64,000 bases of DNA from an uncultured Clostridia bacterium (GCA_934754495.1 CAKVHW010000005.1:26533-90532), one strand, 5' to 3'; shown: positions 27,967 to 38,984, counted from the first letter of the stretch. Made by a program: numbers and translations. Notes: generated from the sequence alone by a model not told the origin.

Positions 27967-29483
27967 TAACTTAATTGGTCAATATCAACTGGTTTTGTAA
28001 TAGGGAATAAGATTGTATCTCTAATATTATCGCAGTCAAGCAAGTGAAGAATAAATACATCAATACCAAATCCAATACCAGAGATTGGTGGGAAACCATG
28101 TTCCATAGCAAGAATGTATTCTTTATCGTAATCCATTGCTTCAGCGTCACCACGTTGTTTTGCTTTTGCTTGTTCTTCAAAGTTATGTTTTTGTTGAATA
28201 GGGTTTACAAGCTCGCTATAACCCTTAACCATTTCTTGTCCGTCAATTACAAGTTGGAACATTTCAATAATTCTATCGTCCTTATCACTATATCTAGCAA
28301 GTGGAACAACATTAGGGTAGTTGTAAAGAATTGTTGGTTCGGTAATATTTGGACGCATATGACGTTTGTATAGTAGGTCAATAATTCCACCAACTGTAAA
28401 TTGGTCTTTAAGTTCAAATTCTTCCAAAAGTTTTTTGTTTAAAACTAGTTTTTTAAATTCTTCTACATCAGTAATATCTAATACATTAAAGCCTAAAATG
28501 TTGTTTAGGGTAGCAATGTAGTCCATTCTTGGGAATTGTTCTGGAAGTTCGATTGTACGGCCATTAGAAACAAATTCATATTTACCAAATACAAACTTAC
28601 AAACTTCTCTAAACATTTCGGTATAAAACTTAATGCTGTCTTCAAAATCCCAGTATGCTGCATAACTTTCAAGCATTGTAAATTCTTGAAGTTTGTCAGC
28701 GCAAAGACCTTCGTTTCTAAAATCTTTAGCAAATTCGTAAATTTTATCAAAACCGCAAGCAATAACGCGTTTGTGGAATGTTTCTGGAGAAATTCTTAAG
28801 TTCATGTCAAGGTCTAGAGCATTGTGGTGCGTTCTAAATGGTTTTGCAAGTGCTCCGCCAACTGCATTTTGAAGTATTGGAGTTTCTATTTCTAGGAAGC
28901 CATGATTGTTGTAAAATTCTCTAATAAATTGCATAACCTTAAATCTAATAAGTACTGTGTTGCGAGCCTTTTCGTTAACAATAAGGTCAAGGTATCTTTG
29001 ACGATATCTACTATCTACATCTACAAGACCATGGAATTTTTCAGGTAAACCACGTAGTGCTTTGCTTAGTAGTTCAAAAGTTTCTACTTGAATAGTAAGT
29101 TCGCCTGTTTGGGTGCGAGTAAGTTCGCCGTTTACACCAACAAAGTCACCAACATCGCAGAATTCTTTAAACTTAGCAAGTGCTTGTTCGCCAACAACAT
29201 TTAGTGATAGGCTAATTTGTACACTGGTACGAACTTTGTCTTGAAAATTCATATCAAAGTTGTCGCCAATTGCGTATATTCTTGCAAATATAAGTTTACC
29301 AAAAGTACGTTTGAATGTAATTCTTCCTGCACAACTTACTTTTGTGCCTAGTTCTATTTTTTCTAAATCGTGAATTTCGTGTGTTTTATGGAATTTTGCT
29401 TTGTATGCTTTCTCACCACTTTCTTCCAATCTTTTTATTTTATCTACTTTCACGTCAAATTCATTCATTATCTCTTGTTCCAT
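27966..29483 (-). CDS. lysS: Lysine--tRNA ligase (class II)
   Basis: 505 aa; N-terminal OB anticodon-binding domain, class II motifs (FLEIETPIL; FRNEG; GFGIGIDVFILHL), C-terminal RDTILFP. Confidence 0.94.
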   Translation of the reverse strand: MEQEIMNEFDVKVDKIKRLEESGEKAYKAKFHKTHEIHDLEKIELGTKVSCAGRITFKRTFGKLIFARIYAIGDNFDMNFQDKVRTSVQISLSLNVVGEQALAKFKEFCDVGDFVGVNGELTRTQTGELTIQVETFELLSKALRGLPEKFHGLVDVDSRYRQRYLDLIVNEKARNTVLIRFKVMQFIREFYNNHGFLEIETPILQNAVGGALAKPFRTHHNALDLDMNLRISPETFHKRVIACGFDKIYEFAKDFRNEGLCADKLQEFTMLESYAAYWDFEDSIKFYTEMFREVCKFVFGKYEFVSNGRTIELPEQFPRMDYIATLNNILGFNVLDITDVEEFKKLVLNKKLLEEFELKDQFTVGGIIDLLYKRHMRPNITEPTILYNYPNVVPLARYSDKDDRIIEMFQLVIDGQEMVKGYSELVNPIQQKHNFEEQAKAKQRGDAEAMDYDKEYILAMEHGFPPISGIGFGIDVFILHLLDCDNIRDTILFPITKPVDIDQLS

Positions 29484-29744
29484 AAAAACCCCTTAAAAAT
29501 TAATAACTAGAGTATAACAGCCTATTGCCAATATGTCAATAATTTACTTGTTATTTGCTAATTTAATTATATTGTAACATTCTACAAAATTTTACCTTTA
29601 ATTTACATATATAATTATTAATATAATTAGTTTATTATATTATATAAGGCAGTTTATAAAAATTTGTTGACAATGTAGTATTTTTAGTTGTATTTTTTTA
29701 AAGCCGGTTGTATAATCGGACATAGTGAAAGCGAGGTGTAACTA

Positions 29745-31277
29745 ATGTTATCAATTGTTAAAAGTTATGGTCTTACTGGAATTAACGGATATATGGTTAA
29801 GGCAGAAATTGATATAAATCAAGGTCTTCCGGGTTATGACATTGTTGGATTAGTTGGCACCGCAATTAAAGAGAGTAAAGAGCGTGTTAAAAGCGCTATT
29901 AAAAATAGTGGATTGCAGTATCCTATTTTAAAAATTACTGTAAACCTAGCCCCAGCCGATACTAAAAAGGACGGTCCAATTTATGACCTGGCAATAGCAC
30001 TAGGTATTCTTTCTGCTAGCGAACAAGTAAGCATTAAGGCTGTTAAGGATTATATTTTCTTAGGCGAACTATCGCTTGACGGCGGAATAAGAAAAATAAA
30101 TGGTGTTTTGCCAATACTAATCGCTGCCAGACAAGCAGGATACACTAAAATAATTTTACCAAAAGAAAACGAGCGAGAAGCAAGTTATATTGATGGACTA
30201 GAAGTGTATGCTGTTTCTGATTTGACCGAATGTGTAAAATTTTTAAATGGTGAAATTATGCTTTCACCTGTAAAATTAAATAATTTTAACGATATACAAA
30301 AAACACACAAACAAGCCATGGACTTTAAGTTTGTTAAGGGGCAGGCTAAGGCAAAACGTGCATTAGAGATTGCTGCCGCAGGTGGACACAATATATTAAT
30401 GATAGGCCCACCAGGAAGCGGAAAAACAATGCTAGCAAAATGTTTTCCTAGCATTCTTCCCGAACTTACTTTCAAAGAAGCATTGGAAGTAACCAAAATC
30501 CATAGTATTGCAGGTGTTCTTGATGCAAACGAAGGAATAGTGACAACACGTCCTTTTAGGTCGCCACATCACACGGCAACAACTCTTGCTCTTACTGGCG
30601 GTGGTAGGCTTGCAAAACCAGGTGAAATAAGCCTTGCGCATAATGGTGTGTTGTTTCTAGATGAAATGCCAGAGTACAATCGTAACTCAATTGAAACATT
30701 GCGTCAACCACTTGAAGATGGAGTTATTACAATATCTAGGGTAGAAGCAAGTGTAGAGTATCCAGCAAATTTCACATTAATTGCAAGTATGAACCCATGT
30801 CCATGTGGTTATTATGGAAGTAAAGACAGAGAATGTAAGTGTACACCACAAAACATTCACAAATACCTTCACAAACTTTCTGGGCCACTTATGGATAGAA
30901 TAGATATTCATATTGAAGTGGATAACGTAACTTACAATGACCTAACAAGCACAACGCTAGAAGAACCTAGTGAAAGCATTAAGGCTCGTGTAGATAAAGC
31001 ACGAAAAATCCAACTTGATAGATATAAGGAAAGTGGTATTTATTCTAATGCTAAAATGAACGACCAACAAGTTAAGTCTTATTGCAAACTGTCACCACAA
31101 AGCGATATGTTTTTACGTCAAGCATTTGATAAACTAAAACTAAGTGCTAGGGCATACAATCGTATTTTAAAAGTGGCACGTACAATTGCCGACTTAGATG
31201 GCTGTAAAGATATTATGGACGACCATATTATTGAAGCAATTTCATATAGGTCATTAGACAAAAAATATTGGGATTAA
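29745..31277 (+). CDS. comM: YifB/ComM-family Mg-chelatase-like AAA+ ATPase
   Basis: Lon-like N-terminal domain, Walker A GPPGSGKTM, Walker B VLFLDEM, Cys cluster NPCPCGYYGS...C.C. Confidence 0.93.
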   Translation: MLSIVKSYGLTGINGYMVKAEIDINQGLPGYDIVGLVGTAIKESKERVKSAIKNSGLQYPILKITVNLAPADTKKDGPIYDLAIALGILSASEQVSIKAVKDYIFLGELSLDGGIRKINGVLPILIAARQAGYTKIILPKENEREASYIDGLEVYAVSDLTECVKFLNGEIMLSPVKLNNFNDIQKTHKQAMDFKFVKGQAKAKRALEIAAAGGHNILMIGPPGSGKTMLAKCFPSILPELTFKEALEVTKIHSIAGVLDANEGIVTTRPFRSPHHTATTLALTGGGRLAKPGEISLAHNGVLFLDEMPEYNRNSIETLRQPLEDGVITISRVEASVEYPANFTLIASMNPCPCGYYGSKDRECKCTPQNIHKYLHKLSGPLMDRIDIHIEVDNVTYNDLTSTTLEEPSESIKARVDKARKIQLDRYKESGIYSNAKMNDQQVKSYCKLSPQSDMFLRQAFDKLKLSARAYNRILKVARTIADLDGCKDIMDDHIIEAISYRSLDKKYWD

Positions 31278-31285
31278 GGTGAATA

Positions 31286-32374
31286 ATGTATAACAACGAA
31301 GAAAAAGTTATAATATGGTTAAATAGTTTTGATTTTATTAGCCTAAAAAAGTTGCACCAACTAATTGATTTGTATCCTACATGCGAAGACCTTTGGAACA
31401 ACTTTGAAGACGACAACGAAGATGTTATAAATATTGTGGGAGAAGAACATTATAAAAAAATGTTGTTTTCACACGATGAAAGTTTTTTAAATAATTATAT
31501 AAGGTCTTATGAAACCTTAAATATAAAAATAGTAACAATTAAAAGCGATACTTATCCACAACTTTTAAAAGAAACGCTTAGCCCACCTGTAATTTTATAT
31601 TGTAGGGGCAATGTTGACTTGTTAAAAACCACTTGTGTAGCCGTTGTGGGAAGTAGACGTTGCACAAAATACGGCAAAGAAGTAACTTACAAATTTGCCT
31701 ATGACTTGGCATATAGTGGGCTTACTGTTGTAAGCGGGCTTGCAGATGGTGTAGATAGTGTGGCACATGGTGCAAGTATAGATGCTAAGGGACACACCAT
31801 TGCGGTGCTTGGCTGTGGCATAAACAATTGTTACCCTGCTACAAATAAGCCACTTTATGACAGAATACTAGAAAATGACGGTTTGATAATTAGCGAGTAC
31901 AAACCAAATGAAAAGGCACTTGCATATTACTTTCCAGCAAGAAATCGAATTATTGCAGGTTTAAGTAAGGGTGTGTTAATTACTGAAGCAACCGAGAAAA
32001 GCGGAAGTATGCACACTAAAGAATACGCATTAGAAAACAACCGTGACTTGTATGTTGTGCCAGGCAGAATAACAGATATTTATAGTTCTGGTTGTAATGC
32101 AATTATTAAAAACTGCCAGAGTGTTATGGTGTTAAGCCCAGAAGAAATTATTAATGCGTATGGCAAAGAAATGCATATTTCAGACGACACTGTTGTGGTT
32201 CAGGCAAGTATGGACGAACAACTTATTTTAAACATTTTGCAAACTGACGAACTTAGTTATGACGAGATTATTGAAAGTTCTAAATTAGAACCAAAAACTC
32301 TAAACACACTTTTAATGCGTATGGAGTTAAAGGGGCTTATTAAAAAATTGCCCAGCAATTATTATGGGAGATAA
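31286..32374 (+). CDS. dprA: DNA-processing protein DprA (Smf)
   Basis: VAVVGSRRCTKYG, SGLADGVDSVAH, FPARNRIIAGLS motifs of the DprA Rossmann-like fold. Confidence 0.92.
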   Translation: MYNNEEKVIIWLNSFDFISLKKLHQLIDLYPTCEDLWNNFEDDNEDVINIVGEEHYKKMLFSHDESFLNNYIRSYETLNIKIVTIKSDTYPQLLKETLSPPVILYCRGNVDLLKTTCVAVVGSRRCTKYGKEVTYKFAYDLAYSGLTVVSGLADGVDSVAHGASIDAKGHTIAVLGCGINNCYPATNKPLYDRILENDGLIISEYKPNEKALAYYFPARNRIIAGLSKGVLITEATEKSGSMHTKEYALENNRDLYVVPGRITDIYSSGCNAIIKNCQSVMVLSPEEIINAYGKEMHISDDTVVVQASMDEQLILNILQTDELSYDEIIESSKLEPKTLNTLLMRMELKGLIKKLPSNYYGR

Positions 32375-32376
32375 AT

Positions 32377-34497
32377 ATGAATTTAGTTATTATTGAAAGT
32401 GTTGGTAAAAAAGATACAATCAAAAAATACCTTGGAGCAGACTACGAAGTTGTTGCAACAAAGGGTCACGTAAGGGATTTGCCAGAAAAATCACTTGGTG
32501 TAAATGTATTAGATAATTTTAAACCACAATACGAAATTATTAACGACAAAAAAGAAATTGTAAAAGCATTAAAACTAAAAAGCGAAAAAGCCGATAAAGT
32601 GTTGCTTGCAACCGACCCTGATAGAGAAGGGGAAGCAATAAGTTGGCACTTGGCAACTATTCTTGGAATGGATCAAACAAAACCCATTAGAATAGTTTTT
32701 AACGAAATTAGTAAAAATGCGGTTACAAATGCACTAAAACAACCTAGGGCAATTGATATTAACCTTGTAAATGCCCAACAGGCACGTAGAGTGCTAGATA
32801 GGTTGGTGGGTTATAAAGTATCCCCAATTTTGTGTAAAAAAATTCAGCCTAAACTTTCTGCAGGTCGTGTACAAAGTGCAACCTTAAAACTTGTGGTTGA
32901 TAGAGAAAACGAGATTAGAAAGTTTAAGCCAGAAGAATATTGGACACTTCTTGCTAATCTTTATGTTAATAGTGAAGCAGACGCATTTAAGAGTACATTA
33001 AGTAAAATTAACGGCAAAAAGGCTGTTGTTAGTAATAAAGAACAAATGGACACTGCTTTAGACGAATTAAAGCAAGGACAGTTTACTGTTAAAGAAGTTA
33101 AGAAGACTGTTGCTAAATCACACCCAGCACCACCTTTTACAACATCTACAATGCAACAAGAAGCCCTAAACAAGTTGGGAATGAACCTTAAAAAGGTTAC
33201 TGCTTGTGCGCAAGAATTGTACGAAGGTGTTGAGATTGCTGGCGAAGGTAAAACAGCTCTTATTACTTATATCAGAACAGATAGTGTGCGTCTTTCTCCA
33301 GAAGCTGTTGCAATGGCACGTGACTACATTACTAAAAACTTTGGTGAAAAGTATTTGCCAAAACAACCAAATGTATACAAAACAAAAAAGTCAGCACAAG
33401 ATGCCCATGAAGCCATTAGACCTATTCACCTAGATATTACACCAGAAAGTTTAAAAGGAAAAATTAGTGCCGATAATTATAAACTATACAAACTTATTTA
33501 CACTAAATTCTTGGCTTGTCAAATGGAAGATGCAACATTTAACTCTGTTGTAGCAACAATTGAAAATGGTAAGTATGAATTTAAAGCATCAGGCAAAACA
33601 CCAATATTTGATGGTTTTATGAAACTATATGAATCAGCAAGTAAAAAGGCAAAACAAGCGGACGAAGAACAAGAAGAAAATGATGAAAACGTAAAACTTC
33701 CTGTTATGAATGATGGCGACAAATTAAATCTTCTTAACTTTGTACCTGCTCAAAAGTTTACAAAACCACCTGCACGTTATACTGAAGCCACTTTGGTAAA
33801 AGAAATGGAAGATAAGGGAATTGGTCGTCCCGCAACATATTCTCCAACAGTAAACTTGCTTACGGGACGTAAGTATGTAGATAAAGACGGAAAATTTTTA
33901 AAACCAACCGAACTTGGTGAAAAGATTGACGAATTTCTAGAAAATTACTTTGCTTCAATTATTGATACTAAGTTTACAGCATCTATGGAAGATAAGCTTG
34001 ATGATGTAGCAAGTAAAGGTATTGTGTGGCAAGACTTTGTAAGAGATTTTTACAATGACTTTGTAAAACTTCTAGGGGTGGCAGATAAGGATAGTTTAAA
34101 ATACAAAATTCCACCAAGAGAAACTAATGTTAAATGTGAAAAATGTGGGCACCCAATGGTTATTAGAACAGGTAAATATGGTGAGTTTATGGCTTGCAGT
34201 AATTTCCCTGCATGTAAAAATATTCAACCTATTGTAAAACAAAGTGGTGTGTGTCCAAAATGCGGAAAACCTGCCGTTGAAAAACGTAGCAAGAAAGGAA
34301 ACATTTTCTATGGCTGTAGCGATTATCCAAATTGCGACTTTGTATCATGGGAAATGCCATTGGCTGAAAAATGCCCAAAATGTGGAGCATATTTAACAGG
34401 CAAAAAGATATATAGTAGCCTAAGGAAAAAATGTAGTAATCCACAATGCGACTACACCGATATGGTTAAAAAGGAAAAAAATGAACAACAAAAATAA
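32377..34497 (+). CDS. topA: DNA topoisomerase I
   Basis: Toprim (IIESVGK, TDPDREGEAISWH), active-site region YIRTDS, C-terminal C4 zinc ribbons. Confidence 0.97.
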   Translation: MNLVIIESVGKKDTIKKYLGADYEVVATKGHVRDLPEKSLGVNVLDNFKPQYEIINDKKEIVKALKLKSEKADKVLLATDPDREGEAISWHLATILGMDQTKPIRIVFNEISKNAVTNALKQPRAIDINLVNAQQARRVLDRLVGYKVSPILCKKIQPKLSAGRVQSATLKLVVDRENEIRKFKPEEYWTLLANLYVNSEADAFKSTLSKINGKKAVVSNKEQMDTALDELKQGQFTVKEVKKTVAKSHPAPPFTTSTMQQEALNKLGMNLKKVTACAQELYEGVEIAGEGKTALITYIRTDSVRLSPEAVAMARDYITKNFGEKYLPKQPNVYKTKKSAQDAHEAIRPIHLDITPESLKGKISADNYKLYKLIYTKFLACQMEDATFNSVVATIENGKYEFKASGKTPIFDGFMKLYESASKKAKQADEEQEENDENVKLPVMNDGDKLNLLNFVPAQKFTKPPARYTEATLVKEMEDKGIGRPATYSPTVNLLTGRKYVDKDGKFLKPTELGEKIDEFLENYFASIIDTKFTASMEDKLDDVASKGIVWQDFVRDFYNDFVKLLGVADKDSLKYKIPPRETNVKCEKCGHPMVIRTGKYGEFMACSNFPACKNIQPIVKQSGVCPKCGKPAVEKRSKKGNIFYGCSDYPNCDFVSWEMPLAEKCPKCGAYLTGKKIYSSLRKKCSNPQCDYTDMVKKEKNEQQK

Positions 34498-35800
34498 GGT
34501 TATTGTAATAGGCGCAGGGCTTGCAGGATCTGAGTGTGCATATCAACTTCTAAAAAGGGGAGTTGATGTGACACTTTATGAGATGAAACCTAAAAAGTTT
34601 TCACCTGCTCATAAGTCCGAAAATTTTGGTGAACTTGTGTGTAGCAACAGCCTTAAAAGTAATGATCCTTACACTGCCGGTGGTTTACTAAAACAAGAAC
34701 TTAGAGCATTAGACTCACTTGTTATTAAATGTGCCGATGAATGCCGTGTTCCAGCAGGTAGTGCACTTGCTGTTGACCGTGAAAAATTTAGCGAGTTAAT
34801 TACAAAAAAACTAAAAGAGTTTAAAAATCTTACTATTGTGCATGATGAAGTTACTTCACTACCACTAGATAAACCAGTGGTTGTTGCAACGGGTCCACTT
34901 ACAAGTGACGGATTGATGGCGGAACTATCTAAATTATTAGGTTCTGATTATTTGTACTTTTTTGATGCAATTGCACCAATTGTATCGTATGATAGCATCG
35001 ATTTTAATTCGGCTTTTATTGCCGATAGATATGATAAAGGCACTGGTGATTACATTAATTGTCCAATGGAAAAGGGCGAGTACGAAACATTTTATAATGC
35101 CTTAATTACGGCAGATATTGTAAAACTAAAAGACTTTGAAAATCGAAAGGTTTTTGAAGGTTGTATGCCAGTTGAAGTATTGGCAAAACGTAACATTGAT
35201 GCGCTTAGATTTGGGTCACTAAAACCTGTTGGATTAACTAATCCACACACAGGCAAACGACCATATGCTGTGGTTCAACTTAGAAAAGAAACACTAAATA
35301 ATGACATGTTTAACATGGTTGGATTTCAAACAAACCTTACATATCCCGAACAAAAGCGAGTATTTTCGCTTATTCCAGCACTAAAAAATGCGGAATTTTT
35401 AAGATATGGAACAATGCACAAAAATAGTTATGTTTGCGCACCTATTACACTTTCTAATTATCACCTTAAATCACACCCAAATGTGTTTATTGCTGGTCAA
35501 CTTAGTGGTGTGGAAGGCTATATTGAAAGCATTGCAAGTGGGCTAAATGTGGCACTTAATATGTACAATTACCTTGATGGACTACAAGATGTTGTGTTTG
35601 AGCCTTGCACAATGATAGGGGCATTAAATCATTATTTGACTACTGCTAGCGAGAAAAATTTTCAACCTATGAGTAGTAATATGGGGCTTATTAACATAAA
35701 CGAACTTAGAATTAAAGATAAGAAAGAAAAGAATAAACTTTTGTATGATACAGCAATGAAGTCATTGCAAGATACAATTAAAAAATACAACATAAAATAA
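34481..35800 (+). CDS. trmFO: Methylenetetrahydrofolate--tRNA-(uracil54-C5)-methyltransferase
   Basis: VIGAGLAGSECAYQL FAD fold, ELVCSNSLK, GQLSGVEGYIES motifs; conserved position after topA. Confidence 0.95.
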   Translation: MNNKNKVIVIGAGLAGSECAYQLLKRGVDVTLYEMKPKKFSPAHKSENFGELVCSNSLKSNDPYTAGGLLKQELRALDSLVIKCADECRVPAGSALAVDREKFSELITKKLKEFKNLTIVHDEVTSLPLDKPVVVATGPLTSDGLMAELSKLLGSDYLYFFDAIAPIVSYDSIDFNSAFIADRYDKGTGDYINCPMEKGEYETFYNALITADIVKLKDFENRKVFEGCMPVEVLAKRNIDALRFGSLKPVGLTNPHTGKRPYAVVQLRKETLNNDMFNMVGFQTNLTYPEQKRVFSLIPALKNAEFLRYGTMHKNSYVCAPITLSNYHLKSHPNVFIAGQLSGVEGYIESIASGLNVALNMYNYLDGLQDVVFEPCTMIGALNHYLTTASEKNFQPMSSNMGLININELRIKDKKEKNKLLYDTAMKSLQDTIKKYNIK

Positions 35801-35863
35801 AAATATTTTGTTTTTTACTAATTTATGTTATATTAATAAAAACAACAATGAAAAGGAGACAAT

Positions 35864-36400
35864 ATGGATACTTTTAAGGGGACAACAATTGTTGCAGTAA
35901 CAAGAAATGGAAAAACAGCAATCGCCGGTGACGGACAAGTTACTTTTGGCGAACACGTTGTTATGAAAGGAAATGCAGTAAAAGTTAGAAGAATTTTTAA
36001 TGACCGTGTTGTAATTGGTTTTGCTGGCACAGTGTCAGATGCTTTTGCTTTAACAGCTCGTTTTGAAGAACTTTTACAAAAATTTAGCGGTAATTTAATG
36101 CGTAGTGCAGTAGAACTTGCACTTGGCTTTAGAGATGATAAATACAATCGCAAACTTGAAGCCATGATGATTGTTGCAGACGAACACAAAGTGCTTATGA
36201 TTTCTGGCACAGGCGAAGTAATTGAGCCAGAATATGGTGTTATTGCAATAGGAAGCGGTGGAAATTATGCTTATTCTGCTGGTAGAGCACTACTTGACAA
36301 TACTGATTTATCGGCTAAAGAAATAGCAATTAAAGCCATTGAAATTGCTGGCGATATATGTGTGTACACTAATCACCATATTACTTGCGAGGAGGTATAA
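35864..36400 (+). CDS. hslV: ATP-dependent protease subunit HslV
   Basis: The FKGTTIVAV N-terminus gives the Thr nucleophile after Met removal; GDGQVTFG, GSGGNYA motifs. Confidence 0.95.
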   Translation: MDTFKGTTIVAVTRNGKTAIAGDGQVTFGEHVVMKGNAVKVRRIFNDRVVIGFAGTVSDAFALTARFEELLQKFSGNLMRSAVELALGFRDDKYNRKLEAMMIVADEHKVLMISGTGEVIEPEYGVIAIGSGGNYAYSAGRALLDNTDLSAKEIAIKAIEIAGDICVYTNHHITCEEV

Positions 36401-36402
36401 CT

Positions 36403-37713
36403 ATGGACTTATCACCAAAAGAAATTGTAAAAGAATTAGATAAATATATTATTGGTCAACAAGAAGCAAAAAAATCGGTTGCTATTGCACTTAGAAATCG
36501 CTATCGTCGTAGCAAACTTAGTAAAGAAATGCGTGACGAAGTTACACCTAAAAACATTATTATGCAAGGTCCAACCGGTGTAGGTAAAACCGAAATTGCC
36601 CGCCGTCTTGCAAAACTTGTAAAAGCACCATTTATTAAAGTTGAAGCAACTAAATATACCGAAGTAGGGTATGTTGGTCGTGATTGCGAAAGCATGATTC
36701 GTGACCTTGTGGAAGTGGCTGTAAGACTTGTAAAAGAAGAAAAATTACAAGAGGTAAGTATCAAGGCAAAAGCAAATGTTATGCAAAAAATTGTTGATGC
36801 ATTGTATCCTTCAAGAAAAGCAAAATTTCCAGATAAAGATGTTGAAACACTAAGAAAAGAAATTTTGGAAGATGTTGAAAATGGTAAGGCTGATAATGAA
36901 CTTATTGAAATTACTGTAGCCGAACAGCCAAAACCAATTGGTATAATGCCAGGAATGGGCAATGATATGGATTTTGGTGCAGTACTAGGCAGTATTTTTC
37001 CACAACAACATCGCAAGAAAAAAATTACTGTTGAAAAGGCAATAAATCTTTTAATGCAAGAAGAAAGCGACAAACTTATTGACTTAGACACTGTTAATTC
37101 TGAAGCAATTGCACGTGCCGAACAAGAAGGCATTGTATTTATTGATGAAATCGATAAAATTGCTGGCAAAAATGCAAGTAAGGGTCCAGATGTAAGCCGT
37201 GAAGGTGTTCAAAGGGACATTCTGCCACTAGTTGAAGGTTGCACCGTAACCACAAAATATGGCACAATTAAGACCGACTACATTTTGTTTATCTGTGCTG
37301 GTGCATTCCATATGAGTAAGATTGAAGACCTTATTCCAGAATTCCAAGGACGTTTTCCTATTAGGGTAGAATTAAACAACTTACATGCAGATGATTTCTA
37401 TAAAATTTTAACTCAGCCTAAAAATGCACTTACTTTGCAATACGAACAACTTTTGGCTGTTGATAACATCAACTTAAAATTCACCGATGACGCATTAAAG
37501 CAACTTGCCGATATTGCTGAAAAAGAAAACGAAACAAGCGAAAACTTGGGTGCAAGAAGATTGCATAGTTTGTTAGAAATTTTGCTAGAAGAAATTTCAT
37601 ATAATGCAAATGGCAGACACCCAATGATGGATGTAACCATTGACAAAGAATATGTTGATAAGATATTTAAAGACACCACTAGAAAATATGACCTTAAAAA
37701 GTATATTTTGTAG
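36403..37713 (+). CDS. hslU: ATP-dependent protease ATPase subunit HslU
   Basis: PKEIV.ELDKYIIGQ, GPTGVGKTEIARRLA, IVFIDEIDKI, GARRL motifs. Start set at the ATG after GGAGG; the tracked start overlaps hslV. Confidence 0.96.
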   Translation: MDLSPKEIVKELDKYIIGQQEAKKSVAIALRNRYRRSKLSKEMRDEVTPKNIIMQGPTGVGKTEIARRLAKLVKAPFIKVEATKYTEVGYVGRDCESMIRDLVEVAVRLVKEEKLQEVSIKAKANVMQKIVDALYPSRKAKFPDKDVETLRKEILEDVENGKADNELIEITVAEQPKPIGIMPGMGNDMDFGAVLGSIFPQQHRKKKITVEKAINLLMQEESDKLIDLDTVNSEAIARAEQEGIVFIDEIDKIAGKNASKGPDVSREGVQRDILPLVEGCTVTTKYGTIKTDYILFICAGAFHMSKIEDLIPEFQGRFPIRVELNNLHADDFYKILTQPKNALTLQYEQLLAVDNINLKFTDDALKQLADIAEKENETSENLGARRLHSLLEILLEEISYNANGRHPMMDVTIDKEYVDKIFKDTTRKYDLKKYIL

Positions 37714-37730
37714 CTGTTATGCAAAACTTT

Positions 37731-37760
37731 AAAAAGTGGCTAAACTATGCCACTTTTTGT
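37731..37760 (+). terminator. Rho-independent terminator after hslU
   Basis: aagtggc/gccactt stem plus a T-run. Confidence 0.7.
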
Positions 37761-37793
37761 GGTTGTTAATTAATAAAACAAAGGTAAAATTTT

Positions 37794-38462
37794 ATGACAG
37801 AGAGAACAGAAATTTTAATAGGTAAAGAAGCCGTAAATAAGCTTAAAAACTCACATGTTGCAGTGTTTGGGCTTGGCGGTGTAGGCGGATATGTTGTAGA
37901 AATGTTGGCACGTGCAGGGGTGGGCGAACTAACCCTTGTAGATTTTGACACAGTTGCGGTTAGTAACCTTAATAGGCAGATTATTGCTTTAAATAGCACA
38001 ATCGGTAAATACAAAACCGAAGCATTTGAAGCTAGATTAAAAGACATTAACCCAGATATAAAACTCAACATAATATGCAATAAATACTTGCCAGAAAATA
38101 GTGAAGATTTTTTTAAAAGTCGTTATGATTATGTTGTGGATGCAATTGATATAGTGACTAGTAAAATTCATCTAATTGCCACATGTCACCAAAAAGGTAT
38201 AAATATTGTAAGTGCCATGGGAGCAGGAAACCGCTCGGTTGTTCCTAAATTTGAAGTGGCAGATATATACCACACCTATAATGACGGTCTTGCTAAAATT
38301 TTGCGTAAAAAATTACGAGAACTTGGTGTCACAAAACACACCGTTGTTTTCACTCCAAACATTGCCGAGCCAAATGGCAAAACAATAGGCAGTATTTCAT
38401 ATTACCCAGCAATGTGTGGTTGCACTCTTGCAGGCTTTGTTATTAACGAACTTATTAAATGA
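37794..38462 (+). CDS. tcdA: ThiF/MoeB-fold protein, TcdA-like tRNA t6A dehydratase
   Basis: VAVFGLGGVGGY Rossmann motif, DFD.V..SNLNRQ, size and pattern as in TcdA/CsdL. Confidence 0.78.
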   Translation: MTERTEILIGKEAVNKLKNSHVAVFGLGGVGGYVVEMLARAGVGELTLVDFDTVAVSNLNRQIIALNSTIGKYKTEAFEARLKDINPDIKLNIICNKYLPENSEDFFKSRYDYVVDAIDIVTSKIHLIATCHQKGINIVSAMGAGNRSVVPKFEVADIYHTYNDGLAKILRKKLRELGVTKHTVVFTPNIAEPNGKTIGSISYYPAMCGCTLAGFVINELIK

Positions 38463-38551
38463 TTTTTGCATAATTTACACAAAAACACTTGAAACTAAAA
38501 TATCTTTGTACTAAAATAACGAAGAAATTTTTAAGAACAATAAGGATTATT

Positions 38552-38884
38552 ATGATAGTAACACAAATTACCGAACAACAATTTGATGAAAAAATCTTGA
38601 ATGTAGACGGCATAACAGTTGCACGTTTCTTTGGTGGCTGGTGTGGTCCTTGTAAAATGGAATCAACCATATTAAGTCACATAAACGACCCACGATATAA
38701 CACCATAACAATGTACGATTTAGACGTAGATAAATGTCCACTTCTTACACACCGCTATGGAGTTATGACTGTGCCAACCCTTATTATTTTTAAGGACGGA
38801 GCCGAACTAGAAAAAATAGCAGGCTTTAGAAATCAAAAGCAATTAGAAGAAATTTTCGATAGATATTGTAACTTAGAAAAATAG
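38552..38884 (+). CDS. trxA: Thioredoxin
   Basis: WCGPC active site, TVPTLIIFKDG. Start moved to MIVTQIT (110 aa). Confidence 0.88.
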   Translation: MIVTQITEQQFDEKILNVDGITVARFFGGWCGPCKMESTILSHINDPRYNTITMYDLDVDKCPLLTHRYGVMTVPTLIIFKDGAELEKIAGFRNQKQLEEIFDRYCNLEK

Positions 38885-38906
38885 GCAAATTACGCCTATT
38901 TTTTTG
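38881..38906 (+). terminator. Rho-independent terminator after trxA
   Basis: ataggc/gcctat stem plus a T7 run. Confidence 0.72.
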
Positions 38907-38955
38907 TGTCTTTTAAAAACTCTACTATTTTAGTCGGGTTTTTGGTAAAAATCTA

Positions 38956-38984
38956 TTGACATTGTGGTATAAAGTTGGTAAAAT
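38956..38984 (+). promoter_or_regulatory. Sigma-A promoter of the Rrf2-nifS-nifU operon
   Basis: TTGACA - 17 nt - TGgTAAAAT. Confidence 0.6.
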
